DNA of 64,000 nt from Candidatus Methanoperedenaceae archaeon (GCA_963753595.1 CAVWCX010000036.1:64001-128000), one strand, 5' to 3'; counted from the stretch's first letter, positions 50,346-60,556 are shown. The notes: generated from the letters alone by a model not told the origin. A program made the numbers and translations.

Positions 50346-50534
50346 TAACTGGCATCGGGCTGAAGGCGCCGAGGCATCTCATCCCCGTTGCAGGTGGGTA
50401 GTTAAAGTATTACTTATTTTGGTATTTAACGACAAAAGGGGCAAGAAATAAAAAGATTTAATGGAAAATAAGAATAAGCTGAGCTTCAATTTGGAGATTT
50501 ATTATGAATTTTCGATTTGCAGGTTTTTCTTATA

Positions 50535-52127
50535 TTATGTCAATAAATCTACAACTTTTTGTGCTTTTTTTCTGGAATATTCACTTTTATCTGTCTCAGC
50601 AATTCTCTTTAATAGTGGTTTGTATTCAATGATAGATGTTGAATTTCCTTTTGCAATCATTCCTAAACTATCTATGTAAGCATCTTTAAGCCATTCTTTT
50701 TGGTCTACTCCCAACATTTTTTCAGCTGACAAATCCATTGTAATAACTATTTCTTTTGTCTTGATTTTTAAAGGTTCTCTTTTTGTGACTTCAGTCGGAT
50801 TATTAATATAATCAACCATTATTGGAATTGCCTCTTTGATCGGATTTACATCTTTTAAGCCTATTTTACCAAGATTAAAAGCTGCAAATCGTCTAGAATT
50901 CCATTCAGGGCTTTCCTTGATTGTTCTAATCAAATGCGGAATCAGAGGTTTTACCCAGTTAATATTTATTTCCCCTAACTCGCCTATAATGTTACTTGTA
51001 ACATATTTTTCAAAATTTTGCTGAATACGATTTACATAGTCTATGACTAAGGCTTCAAATATTTGGTTATCTTTTTTTACTAAAAGAATCAGCAAAGATT
51101 CAGCAGCATTTGATATATTTATTTCATTTGATTTCAATAGGTTTTCGACCAAAATTCTTAGTTTTTCGGGATTTTTAATCAACTGTTTCTTTGGGTAATA
51201 ATATGATTTTAAGTTAAGAACTATCTGAGTTGCTCTTTGATGGTTTTTCTTTTTAATAAATTCTTTAATTTCTGTGAATAAGAGATCATAATCCTCCATA
51301 TCTAAAAGATTAATTTCCTTATTCATTTGGATCTCATAAGTGAATTTCTTCCAAGCTTCATTTGAAGAAACAGGCATATCTTTAATTGGTTTCATTTCTT
51401 CATTAATAGTGCAAAATATATTTTCAGCTTCATTTTCCGAGAGATTTAATTCAGAGATTAAATCCTGAATTCTGTTGACAACTCCTGGAGCCAAGAAACT
51501 CATTTCTGCATTAAATTCTCTTATTCCAATTTCATCCATTTCTTTTTTTGACAATGGCTTTCCATTACAAGATCCAACATTCCTACATCCATTTAAATCA
51601 AGATAACATACTTCAAAATAGGTTTCTAAAGCTTCTTTTAATTTTTCTTCTTCTTTTAATTGTTCAGCCATATGGAATTTGTTGTTTCTGTAGAGTCCCC
51701 ATTGTTTTGTTGAGGCAAATTTGATAATTCTCTCATTAAATAATCTCCATTTTATGTCATTTATTGAAGGTTCTTTGCCAAACTGTTTTGTTAATTCTTT
51801 TTTGGCTTGCACATATTCTGGATCATTCATCAATTGCTCTTCTTCTTTAGTTTTGGATTGAAGATTCCACTGTACCTCGATTTCATCTTTTTGTTTATCT
51901 GTGACTAAAACCTTTTTTCTATCAATGGGTCTAGTTCTAACATAGATTTGCTTCCCACAAAATTCGCATTTCTTCTTTCTTGTGGGTATATGTTCAAGCA
52001 TACTTTGGCAATATGGACATCTATTAATTTCACCCACCTTATCTATGTTTGAGCTTTTAGGAAGGGGATTAGTATTGGATATTTCCTTATTAACCGAACT
52101 TCCAAATAATTTCTTTAAAAAATCCAT
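50535..52127 (-). CDS. Zn-ribbon + helical + HEAT-repeat protein
   Basis: CPYC..CEFC at the N-terminus; WNSRRFAAFNLGKIG and YSRKKAQKVV HEAT-like C-terminus. Confidence 0.65.
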   Translation of the reverse strand: MDFLKKLFGSSVNKEISNTNPLPKSSNIDKVGEINRCPYCQSMLEHIPTRKKKCEFCGKQIYVRTRPIDRKKVLVTDKQKDEIEVQWNLQSKTKEEEQLMNDPEYVQAKKELTKQFGKEPSINDIKWRLFNERIIKFASTKQWGLYRNNKFHMAEQLKEEEKLKEALETYFEVCYLDLNGCRNVGSCNGKPLSKKEMDEIGIREFNAEMSFLAPGVVNRIQDLISELNLSENEAENIFCTINEEMKPIKDMPVSSNEAWKKFTYEIQMNKEINLLDMEDYDLLFTEIKEFIKKKNHQRATQIVLNLKSYYYPKKQLIKNPEKLRILVENLLKSNEINISNAAESLLILLVKKDNQIFEALVIDYVNRIQQNFEKYVTSNIIGELGEININWVKPLIPHLIRTIKESPEWNSRRFAAFNLGKIGLKDVNPIKEAIPIMVDYINNPTEVTKREPLKIKTKEIVITMDLSAEKMLGVDQKEWLKDAYIDSLGMIAKGNSTSIIEYKPLLKRIAETDKSEYSRKKAQKVVDLLT

Positions 52128-52129
52128 TA

Positions 52130-53869
52130 TTACAGCTCAATTATTTTACCAGCAAAATTTTTAAACTCTTGATGATATGGTCTATGAGAAATTAGAATTA
52201 TTTGTTTATTTTTTGCTATCTCTTGTATCGTATTCATGGTCTTAGCCAATCGTACATTATCAAAATTATGAAAAGGATCATCTAAAATAAGAGGTATATT
52301 TGTATTTCCACTTAATAAATCAGACATTACAGTTCTTAAGGTAAAGTATAATTGATCTTTTGTCCCCTGACTTAAATAAGAAACATCAATATATTCTTTA
52401 ACTTCCGATTCTTTAATTTTAATATCTAAAGTATCTTCTTCGATTTTCAAATCAGAATACCTTTCATTGGTTATTTCTTTTAAAATTTGCTTTGAATTTT
52501 TTTCGATTGCGGGGGTAAATTTATGGTGGACTTCGGATTCGGCTAATTCTAAGAAATGAGCTGCCAATCTATATTCTTCAACTTTTCTTTTTAATTCACT
52601 TTGATTTTCTTCAATTAAATCTAATTTCTCTTTAACTTCTTCAGGACTTTCAATAAGTGTTGTAGTTGTTTTAATACTTGTTCGTAACTCTACTTTTCTC
52701 GATTCTAATGATTTCACTTCTTTTCTTAGTGTTTCCAGTTCATCAAAATCATTTATATTAAAGTTTACGAGTTTATAATTCTCTAATCTATTTTCGTAAA
52801 TAGCTTTCTTATTAATTAGATCCTTTTTCTCAGAACTGTATTTTTGTAGTTTTCCATTATCTTTTTGAACTGGTTTTTGTATCTCTTCTTTTTGTCTTAT
52901 TTTGATTATTCCCCAAATTATTAAAGGAATACCAATTATAGCGCCAACACTGACTAATGATATTAAACCACCAATTAAGAAGCTTAAACTGCCAATTACA
53001 ATTAAAATAATCCCTATGGTTTTATCAGAGGTTGTTTTGGTGGAAATTTCTCTATCTTCTGATAATGTCTCTATTAATTCATCCACCTTTTTTATTTGTT
53101 CATTAAGATGTTTATCTTCACCTAATAATTTTTCTTTTTCGTCAAATAACTTGTTATTTTTTTCTAGATTTTCCAATTTTGTTACTTTCTCGGCAAGTTT
53201 AGTACCTATGCCTTCGAGTTCTCCACTATCCTCTATTACCAATCCCCTTGTTTTTTCAACAGATTTTAATTCCTCATTTAATTCGCCTTTTTCTTTGTCT
53301 AAAATATCAATTTCTTTGAAAGAATCTTTTGCTACTTTGTTTATTTTTGCAAGTGCCTTAGTCGCAGAAGATTCAGCCCTACCAGCAAAGACCTCTTCAA
53401 TCATATCCTTAATTTTATTTTTAACTAAATTATCTTCTAATATGGCTATTTGTGATTGTCTAATAAATGCAGTGTTTTCAAAGACTTTTCTATCATCAAA
53501 ACCAAAATGTTCTTTTAAAAATGGGTTTATATTTTTATCAGTTGTTGCAATCTCCTTCATTTTGCCATTTTCCATTTTTTCAAGTCTTCTTTTTCCAGAT
53601 TTATAATCCGAAATTATTTTAAAAATCTCAGCTTTATCTGTTTTATATGTTAAAGTAGTTCTACAAAATTCATTGTTTTTCCAACAGAAAAAAGGTTGAA
53701 TTTGAGATTTTGTATATTTGAAAATAGAAGCCGATATCGCTTCTAATACTGTGCTTTTTCCAGCTTCATTTAAACCTGTGATAAAATTTATTCCCTCATC
53801 AAAATCTATGGGAGTTTCTTTTGCAAATTTTCCGAACCCTTCAATTTCTAATTTTATTAATTGAACCAT
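52130..53869 (-). CDS. Rad50/SbcC-like (YhaN-type) ATPase with central transmembrane hairpin
   Basis: GLNEAGKST, FIRQ, LSQGTKDQLY, LILDDPF..FD, ISH; coiled coils flanking two TM helices. Confidence 0.88.
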   Translation of the reverse strand: MVQLIKLEIEGFGKFAKETPIDFDEGINFITGLNEAGKSTVLEAISASIFKYTKSQIQPFFCWKNNEFCRTTLTYKTDKAEIFKIISDYKSGKRRLEKMENGKMKEIATTDKNINPFLKEHFGFDDRKVFENTAFIRQSQIAILEDNLVKNKIKDMIEEVFAGRAESSATKALAKINKVAKDSFKEIDILDKEKGELNEELKSVEKTRGLVIEDSGELEGIGTKLAEKVTKLENLEKNNKLFDEKEKLLGEDKHLNEQIKKVDELIETLSEDREISTKTTSDKTIGIILIVIGSLSFLIGGLISLVSVGAIIGIPLIIWGIIKIRQKEEIQKPVQKDNGKLQKYSSEKKDLINKKAIYENRLENYKLVNFNINDFDELETLRKEVKSLESRKVELRTSIKTTTTLIESPEEVKEKLDLIEENQSELKRKVEEYRLAAHFLELAESEVHHKFTPAIEKNSKQILKEITNERYSDLKIEEDTLDIKIKESEVKEYIDVSYLSQGTKDQLYFTLRTVMSDLLSGNTNIPLILDDPFHNFDNVRLAKTMNTIQEIAKNKQIILISHRPYHQEFKNFAGKIIEL

Positions 53870-53873
53870 TTTA

Positions 53874-54968
53874 TCACAATTTTTTATCTAAATATCCTAT
53901 GCCTATTCTCAAAGCATTTTCCAATCTTTTTTTCTTTTCAGAATCTTTCTCCTTTTCGATTTCGGCTTTGATTAATCTTATGAGATTGCCTCGTATAGTT
54001 TCATCTTCGGTGAGATTCTCTGGTAAATGAATGTTATCCACAATTTTGAGGAAGAAATATTTTTCATCAAATTCCTTTAATAAGAGTTCAATATCGAGAT
54101 TAAGATCTAATGAAGGGAGCCCTTTAAGAACCAATCTTAAAACCTTTCTTTCGCCCTTATTTTTTTCAAGAATTTTTCTCATCTCGGAATCTGATTCAAA
54201 ATTTGTACAATCAATCTCCAGCGTTTCAAATTCTCGTATGTTAGTTTTTATTGGTTTAACAGTAACATTACCTTCGTTATATGAAGCTAATATAACTGAA
54301 CAATCTTTTTTATTCTTAAATGTCAGTGGTTCGGGAGTTCCTGAATAGAAACATTTGGTCTTACTTTTGATCTCTAAAATATCATGAAAATGCCCCAATG
54401 CAACGTAATCCAATTTGCAATTATCCAAATCAGTTGTTGTTATTCTCCTATAGCCTGCTTCTGGCTGTTCATCCCAATTAATATCAGTTATAGAACCATG
54501 AATTAATCCAACCTTGAAATTATCGGAGTCTTTTGCTTTAAATCCTTTGAGAGGTTCTTTTGTATCATCCATGTATGCCAAGCCATAAACAGTCAGCCCA
54601 TCTATTTCTTTAGCTTCTAAATCGGGCGAATCAAAAATAAGAATATTTGAAGGGAACTTATGTTCCAACCAGGGGCTTCCTTTTTTGTAAGGATCATGAT
54701 TTCCAGAAGAAATAAAAACAGTAATTTTTTCTTTGTTTAATCTTTCAAATTCGCTAATTACAAATTTTACTAATGATTTCTGTGGCTCAGCCGTATCAAA
54801 TAAATCTCCTCCAATCAGCAAAGCTTTTACCCTTTCTTTTATACATAAATTAATAATATTCGAGAATACGTCTTGGCAGTCATTTCTGTGAAGTTTAGAT
54901 TTGTCTCCAAGAACTTTAAATGTGGCTCCTAAATGAAAATCAGAGGTATGAACAAGTTTTATATCCAT
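53874..54968 (-). CDS. Mre11/SbcD-like (YhaO-type) metallophosphoesterase nuclease
   Basis: HTSDFHLG, GGDLFD, GNHD, IHG, ALGHFH, YSGTPE. Confidence 0.92.
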   Translation of the reverse strand: MDIKLVHTSDFHLGATFKVLGDKSKLHRNDCQDVFSNIINLCIKERVKALLIGGDLFDTAEPQKSLVKFVISEFERLNKEKITVFISSGNHDPYKKGSPWLEHKFPSNILIFDSPDLEAKEIDGLTVYGLAYMDDTKEPLKGFKAKDSDNFKVGLIHGSITDINWDEQPEAGYRRITTTDLDNCKLDYVALGHFHDILEIKSKTKCFYSGTPEPLTFKNKKDCSVILASYNEGNVTVKPIKTNIREFETLEIDCTNFESDSEMRKILEKNKGERKVLRLVLKGLPSLDLNLDIELLLKEFDEKYFFLKIVDNIHLPENLTEDETIRGNLIRLIKAEIEKEKDSEKKKRLENALRIGIGYLDKKL

Positions 54969-55282
54969 AATCCTACAGTTTAAATATATACGGTTGTATA
55001 TATAGACTTGCCTTTAAGTTTTCATTGGGTCTTGCAAAGCAGGCGAACCTACTCTTCAAAAATTTTGGAGTCTTTTATCTCAAAAAAATAATTCAGGAGA
55101 GTGCTTATTGATTTTGAATCTCTTTATAGTTGTATTCGTGCCCATTTTTGCACCACTAATTGTTCCTCTGATTAAGACATTCCAACGGAATCACGAGAAC
55201 GAACATATGTTGCAATCACTAAACTCCGTATGATGTATGAGGCCTATTTATAGCGTTTTTTACAAGCGAAGCAATAATAACC

Positions 55283-56005
55283 TTAGTAATAAGCATCATT
55301 CCACGTTACACCTATTGCACAGTTATGGCTCGAACCTGGTTCATCGCTGTAAACGAATGTATTCTCCCCAGCATCTGCCTCCGGCACTGTACCGCTTATG
55401 TTGCCCGCTCTGCTGCCATTTATTGACACTGTGCCATCCTTCGATATGACCATTACATCGCCCGGGTTGAGTGTTCCGTTCCACTCCATCTTATCTTGTC
55501 CATTGCTTATTGCTGGATTTATGATTGTGCCGATAGCGGTCAGAGTCCATTCTGGCGTTGTCGGCGCACGGCCGTCTGACGTTAGCTGAATATCCACTGG
55601 TGATGATGTTACTGCCACTGTTGCTGAATCCCTTGCTATACTGTATTCCCTTGTGTCAGCCGCCAGCATTGTTATTGTGATCTTGCTATCTTCTGGTTTT
55701 AGTATATCCAGTATCTTTTTGAAGCCCAGTGACAGCAACGTTATCTTTCTTTCAGGATAGAGTTTCAGGATTTTCTCTGTGTTATCGAATAACACTTTTC
55801 TCAGGTTCAGGTATATCTCATCATTGCTGACATATCCTTCCCAGATAATTGTCCTCAAACCCCTATCGTCTCTGGCAAACTGCCTGTTGTCCTCCCCCAA
55901 TTTGGGGATCGTATCAGTTTCAGGTTCCGTAGAATCAGTGATCCTGTGAGTGAATTGAACAAGATTTATTCCATTCAGCTCGAAATATTTACATTCCAGT
56001 GTCAT
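55283..56005 (-). CDS. distal tail (Dit)-like protein
   Basis: DGRAPTTP..T.....INP.I, GTL.PGD...I, GENTF, WNDAYY siphoviral tail pattern. Confidence 0.7.
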   Translation of the reverse strand: MTLECKYFELNGINLVQFTHRITDSTEPETDTIPKLGEDNRQFARDDRGLRTIIWEGYVSNDEIYLNLRKVLFDNTEKILKLYPERKITLLSLGFKKILDILKPEDSKITITMLAADTREYSIARDSATVAVTSSPVDIQLTSDGRAPTTPEWTLTAIGTIINPAISNGQDKMEWNGTLNPGDVMVISKDGTVSINGSRAGNISGTVPEADAGENTFVYSDEPGSSHNCAIGVTWNDAYY

Positions 56006-56006
56006 G

Positions 56007-56375
56007 TTAGCTCGTTGTTGATGACATACGCAGCCTCTTACTTCCTGTAATCTCAAACCGTCCGGTTCTCAGGTCTTCCAGCATCGCCTCTCCCTTCTTC
56101 TCGTAGTAGTTCATTACATCCGGTTTTATGAGCGCGCTATTTGAACCGCGTTGAATATCCCGCATCGCCTGCGCCGTGCTCTTGAACTTGCTGATCTTCT
56201 GTATCAACTGCGGCCTGTCGGCAAAAGGCGTCGTGTATCTTCTGTATAAGGAGGCATCGATCTCTGCATCTACGCCTGTTATGATCTTGATTATTTCAGC
56301 ATCGGTTATCACAGCTTCATTGCCGATGTCGTTCTCTTCGAATACTTCCCTGATCTCATCAACTGTGGAATACAT
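56007..56375 (-). CDS. head-tail adaptor (gp36/DUF1320-like)
   Basis: MYSTVDE...DAEIDASL..RYT.PF...P. Confidence 0.75.
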   Translation of the reverse strand: MYSTVDEIREVFEENDIGNEAVITDAEIIKIITGVDAEIDASLYRRYTTPFADRPQLIQKISKFKSTAQAMRDIQRGSNSALIKPDVMNYYEKKGEAMLEDLRTGRFEITGSKRLRMSSTTS

Positions 56376-56376
56376 T

Positions 56377-56661
56377 TTATCGTCTCACCTTAAAGCGCGC
56401 TCTCTTGATCGTGACGAAGTCTGAATCGTTTATTACTGTCGCCTTTGTGGTGTATGTGCTTCCGTTGATCGCAGTTGCCGGGATAGTGTATGTATAGAAA
56501 TAATTGCCTGTCCCCTCCTTGGCGGCTGACCCGGTCGATACCTTGTTCCCGTCAGTATCAAAAATATCTATAGTCACCGAACTGGGGTCAACTAAAATGT
56601 CATACCTGTCCCTGGTCTCGATTTCAATAAAAGCTGTCTCCCCCGCGTCATATTCTCTCAT
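56377..56661 (-). CDS. Ig-like virion protein
   Basis: GET...VDP.SVTI.I.D.DG...GTGNY.Y. Confidence 0.6.
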   Translation of the reverse strand: MREYDAGETAFIEIETRDRYDILVDPSSVTIDIFDTDGNKVSTGSAAKEGTGNYFYTYTIPATAINGSTYTTKATVINDSDFVTIKRARFKVRR

Positions 56662-56771
56662 GTTCCGGCCACCTGTGATAACTCCTGTGTTACTTTATCC
56701 GGCTCTCTGAAGTCGATCTTCACTTTGTTTGGCTCGGTCAGTTTGACCTTTACTAACAACTCATCCGTCAT
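56658..56771 (-). CDS. small 37-aa viral protein (not in ORF track)
   Basis: MTDELLVKVKLTEPNKVKIDFREPDKVTQELSQVAGT*; ATGA overlap with the next gene. Confidence 0.5.
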   Translation of the reverse strand: MTDELLVKVKLTEPNKVKIDFREPDKVTQELSQVAGT

Positions 56772-56799
56772 CACATGTCCTTCTCTTCACGCTTTTGCC

Positions 56800-57099
56800 T
56801 CAGTTCCCTTTTCCAATACCCGGAATCGGTAACGACAGGTCTTTTGCTCTTTCAAGCAGCTTTTCAGCAATGAATGCCGACGATATGCCTGCAACCACTG
56901 CTGTTGTTGGCGTAGTCGCTATAACAGCAGCAATCGCCGCCCCGATGACCAAATTAGAGATCCCGCCCAGATGGACATACTTTGTACCATCCTGTGCGGT
57001 CTCGATACACGGCAGGGCAACTGCCCCTTTTTGTTCAGCAAGGCTCTTTATGAGTCCGCCTACCGCGCCTGCCGCCGCGATTATGATTATCAGTTCCAT
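56800..57099 (-). CDS. small membrane protein (holin-like)
   Basis: GAVGGL, LG...NLVIGAAIA; 2-3 TM helices. Confidence 0.55.
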   Translation of the reverse strand: MELIIIIAAAGAVGGLIKSLAEQKGAVALPCIETAQDGTKYVHLGGISNLVIGAAIAAVIATTPTTAVVAGISSAFIAEKLLERAKDLSLPIPGIGKGN

Positions 57100-57126
57100 A
57101 TTACTGTCCCTCCTTTGCGGGATCTA

Positions 57127-57378
57127 TCATTTCATCAATTCAAGTTCCGTTTCTATCTTTGTATTCGGATGCGGGCAATTTGGACACATCGATTGAACGA
57201 GGAGCGTCTTTGATACGATCAGGTCCACCTTTGCAAGGTTTCCCCCATAAACATCGAGTTTGGCTGTCAGGTTCTTGATCTCATCCCGCAGTGATTTAAG
57301 AAAGAATATTGTTATCGATCCGATGGTCGTTACAACTGTGACGACCACTCCTACTATTATTTCAGTTGGTATTTCCAT
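57127..57378 (-). CDS. small single-TM coiled-coil viral protein
   Basis: N-terminal TM helix, coiled coil, CPNC. Confidence 0.55.
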   Translation of the reverse strand: MEIPTEIIVGVVVTVVTTIGSITIFFLKSLRDEIKNLTAKLDVYGGNLAKVDLIVSKTLLVQSMCPNCPHPNTKIETELELMK

Positions 57379-57415
57379 CGCCGCTGCTCCAGATAAAAAA
57401 GAGAAAGGAGCTACC

Positions 57416-58312
57416 TTACGAGGTAGTTCCGACCTCTATCTCCACGAAACCTTCGTTCTTGTATATCCTCGGAACTGCCCAGCCTTTCAGTTCTACAGGG
57501 AAGTTGCCGCCTGCAGCTTTTGGCAATCTGTCAGGATATGGATTCTCACTGACCACGAACTCGGCTACGACCGGGTTCTTGACTGCAAGATATACCTTGC
57601 CTTCTGCGAAGCCATCGTTTATCTTGAGCCATGTTCCGTATGGGTCTGCGTCCGGGCTTGCCCTGAACAGCGGAGCGATCGTTTTGTAAAATGGCTGTCT
57701 CATGCTGTCCAGGTTGAACAGGAACTCCATATCCAGTGAGTTTCCTATCAAGAACAGCGGATTGCTCTTATAGTTACCATCAAGGAGCCTCTTTGCCTTT
57801 ACGATATCTGCATGTGGATCCTGTGTTGCGCTTCCCCAGATACCGGCATTATCAGCCGCAGCTATCTTGCCATTTGCGTTTGCCTGTGCTGCCGCTACGA
57901 TACCGGTGATACCCAGTGAGTCATCGCCGTTTATTGTCAGACTGTCCTCAAGTCTGTGAACATTGTCAAGACAGATATCAACATACCTGTTGAACATCGC
58001 CGGATTTGATTTAAGATCCTTCTCGTGGACGCTGAACCAGTCCATGAACTGCAAGATATCCTGTTTGGTCGTGGTCTGTTTTATTCCGGTCTTTCCGGTC
58101 GGGGTAGAACCTTTCGCCACGACTTTGGCGCCCGGGCCTGTTCTGTCATAATCCACAACAACATCGATCTGTACGGCTTCGTCAACCTTCCTTACGGGCA
58201 TCACGTTCCTTGCAAACATGTTGTCAAGGTTTATGTTCACCCATCTTGCAATTTCTCTGCTCCACTCTTCCAGATAATTATCCGGGATCGAGAGCCCATC
58301 GTTCTGTATCAT
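57416..58312 (-). CDS. HK97-fold major capsid protein (encapsulin/DUF2184-like)
   Basis: Size and position; ARNVMPV, ED.L.INGD..LGITGI, D..KAK..L, C-terminal P.I...G.V. Confidence 0.8.
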   Translation of the reverse strand: MIQNDGLSIPDNYLEEWSREIARWVNINLDNMFARNVMPVRKVDEAVQIDVVVDYDRTGPGAKVVAKGSTPTGKTGIKQTTTKQDILQFMDWFSVHEKDLKSNPAMFNRYVDICLDNVHRLEDSLTINGDDSLGITGIVAAAQANANGKIAAADNAGIWGSATQDPHADIVKAKRLLDGNYKSNPLFLIGNSLDMEFLFNLDSMRQPFYKTIAPLFRASPDADPYGTWLKINDGFAEGKVYLAVKNPVVAEFVVSENPYPDRLPKAAGGNFPVELKGWAVPRIYKNEGFVEIEVGTTS

Positions 58313-58314
58313 TT

Positions 58315-59148
58315 TTACACCATCCTTGCCGGAACTGTGCCGTTTTCAGTGACCTGGTCTTCGACAGCCATCATCCTGCTATCTAAGGTCTTCATCCCGT
58401 CCTCTCCCAGAACGCCGTTTGTGCTTACGGCTAACTTGCCGTTGCCCACCGGTTCGAGGTACTGGCCGGAAAGTGCTGTTCCTGCAAGACCGACTTCGGC
58501 TTTGCCCTGGTCAATAATATGCACGGGGTCAAACTGCGCGTAAGCTTCCTTGTCCTGCATTTCGTCTGCTACACCCAGGTATTCGTTACCCGCCCTGATG
58601 TCATCGATGAACAGGGTCGCTGCGCCCGGGTCGCTTGCTGCATTTATGCCAACGGAAATTGTGGCATCCCTGACTGCACCCGCTCCGGTCACTGCAACTT
58701 TGATATATCTCCATAAACCTGCAGCAAGTGCAGGGATATTCAATGTTTCATCCGGGGTTGCACATGCAGCGGTCTCGTCCAATACGAGCTGAAAAACATT
58801 TGCTGCCACCGGAATATCAGACTTAATCCATAAACCGATATACTTGTATCCTGAGAGATCCGCTGCCACGAAGTCGCGTGTGGCGACAAGGCCGGTTGTG
58901 AAACCTGCGGCGATTACCAGCTTTGCGCCCTTGGCATTTACTTTTTTTGCTTCTGTCTCGGCTGTTGCTGTTACGTTTGCCGCTGCTGCCCATGCGACCT
59001 GGCAATCGTCGATTATTTTCTCCATGTGCTTTCCGATGGTGAGTGCGCCCCTGCGCTCAACTGCATCGCGAAATGCAATTGCAGCGGCTGCTCTCTTTGT
59101 GCCTATACCGCTTCCCAGTTCCTCAACATTCACTGGATTGTTTACCAT
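58315..59148 (-). CDS. capsid decoration/cement protein with inserted carbohydrate-binding-like domain
   Basis: Position between protease and capsid; DLSGYKYIGLWIKS...WRYIKV...LFIDDIR. Confidence 0.6.
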   Translation of the reverse strand: MVNNPVNVEELGSGIGTKRAAAAIAFRDAVERRGALTIGKHMEKIIDDCQVAWAAAANVTATAETEAKKVNAKGAKLVIAAGFTTGLVATRDFVAADLSGYKYIGLWIKSDIPVAANVFQLVLDETAACATPDETLNIPALAAGLWRYIKVAVTGAGAVRDATISVGINAASDPGAATLFIDDIRAGNEYLGVADEMQDKEAYAQFDPVHIIDQGKAEVGLAGTALSGQYLEPVGNGKLAVSTNGVLGEDGMKTLDSRMMAVEDQVTENGTVPARMV

Positions 59149-60491
59149 TATTTCTCACCCACTTTTGCATAAGCATCGTCTATGATGCTCTTTACTGGCT
59201 TCCCGTCGGTCCTGGCTTTCAACCTTGCAGCCTCAAGGGTGCTTGCGGCTGTATCTGTGAGACGTTTAAAGTCCCACTCCTTGAAATCCTCAGTCTTGAG
59301 GGTCGGCGTTGCGTCCATTATCTGTTTTATCAGTGGTGCACGCTTCTCCTGTTCTGCTGTGTCTATTGTTGCCTGTAATGTTGCGATCCTGGCTTCACTC
59401 GCTGCAAGGGCTTTGCCCTGATCAACGAATGCAACCTCTTTCGCATCAAGCAGTTTCTTTGTCTCGTTAGCCACCTTCTGCGCTTCTGTGAGAGCTGCAG
59501 AATCGGCTACAAGTTTCTTTACCATCTCAGGCGTGTACCCCACACCATCGACTACTATGCTCTCTGCCATTGTTTCCTTTGTCTCCTTTGCCTTTATTTC
59601 ATCAGTAATTGATGAGTTTGAATCTGTGGGTGCGGCTGAGTTGTTCGCAGGCGGCTGCTGTTCTTCCTCTCTCCCCTGTGCCGTCACCATGGATTTTGTT
59701 ATGCTCCTGATGATCTTCGCCATGCCAGCATGCTTCTCTTTCGGCATCTCCTGCATCAGCGAGTTCATCCTGTGTATCATAAGAAGCAGACCGTTTATCC
59801 CTTCGACAAACCGTCCTACAAGTTCCCTGTCTTTTGTCTGCAGACCTGCTGCTGCTTCGTGCAGTTTTCCCAGGTCTTTTTCGATCCCGTCAGCAATCTC
59901 TTTTGGAATAGTTACAGGTTCTTTCGGGTTTGTCTCAGGATCATCCGGAACAGCAGAATCCAGGATGCCGCACTTCGGTCTTGAACATCTACCAGCTTTC
60001 ACAACCGCTAGATGATCGTACAGGACTTTCTTCTGCACCGCTTGATACGGCTCATCTTTGAATGTCCCCGGCTCTTCAATAATATCAGCGTAATAGCCTG
60101 GACTGAGATCCCGCTTCCCTTTCCTGATTTCATCTGCAAGGACTTTGTCTGTAATGAGAAGATCGCCTGTGGCGACATTATTATTGAGTGTGACAGTTTC
60201 CGGAAGAACCCTGCCTTTTATCTCAGATACATCAATTATCACTCTGGATCGCGGATGCTCATCCGTTATCATCATCCGCTGCATTGTTGGCATTGAATCT
60301 GCAAGCGCTTCCGGGGATTTCAGGATCTTCTTTCCGTTGTAATCCAGCACCATTGCCCTGCATATTATGGCGTCTTTTACCAGCAGGCCGTCCTTTGTAT
60401 CAACTATTTTGGAACTGTCTATCTGGATGTCCATTGAATCGGAGAACATTATCCTGTCTGCTGCATCGCTAAGTGCAATCATGTGTACCAC
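59148..60491 (-). CDS. DUF2213 prohead protease / scaffold
   Basis: TKDG.L, ITDEHP, LSPGY, DHLAVVKAGRC; coiled-coil C-terminus. Confidence 0.88.
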   Translation of the reverse strand: MVHMIALSDAADRIMFSDSMDIQIDSSKIVDTKDGLLVKDAIICRAMVLDYNGKKILKSPEALADSMPTMQRMMITDEHPRSRVIIDVSEIKGRVLPETVTLNNNVATGDLLITDKVLADEIRKGKRDLSPGYYADIIEEPGTFKDEPYQAVQKKVLYDHLAVVKAGRCSRPKCGILDSAVPDDPETNPKEPVTIPKEIADGIEKDLGKLHEAAAGLQTKDRELVGRFVEGINGLLLMIHRMNSLMQEMPKEKHAGMAKIIRSITKSMVTAQGREEEQQPPANNSAAPTDSNSSITDEIKAKETKETMAESIVVDGVGYTPEMVKKLVADSAALTEAQKVANETKKLLDAKEVAFVDQGKALAASEARIATLQATIDTAEQEKRAPLIKQIMDATPTLKTEDFKEWDFKRLTDTAASTLEAARLKARTDGKPVKSIIDDAYAKVGEK

Positions 60492-60556
60492 CCCGTCGTT
60501 ACAACGAGTGGATTCGGTGTTTTGATCGTGGAAACCATTTAAAATTAGAATTGTTC

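Noticed and set aside
57416-58312. Encapsulin nanocompartment
   Set aside because: Flanked by portal, protease, adaptor and tail genes, so a viral capsid is far more likely
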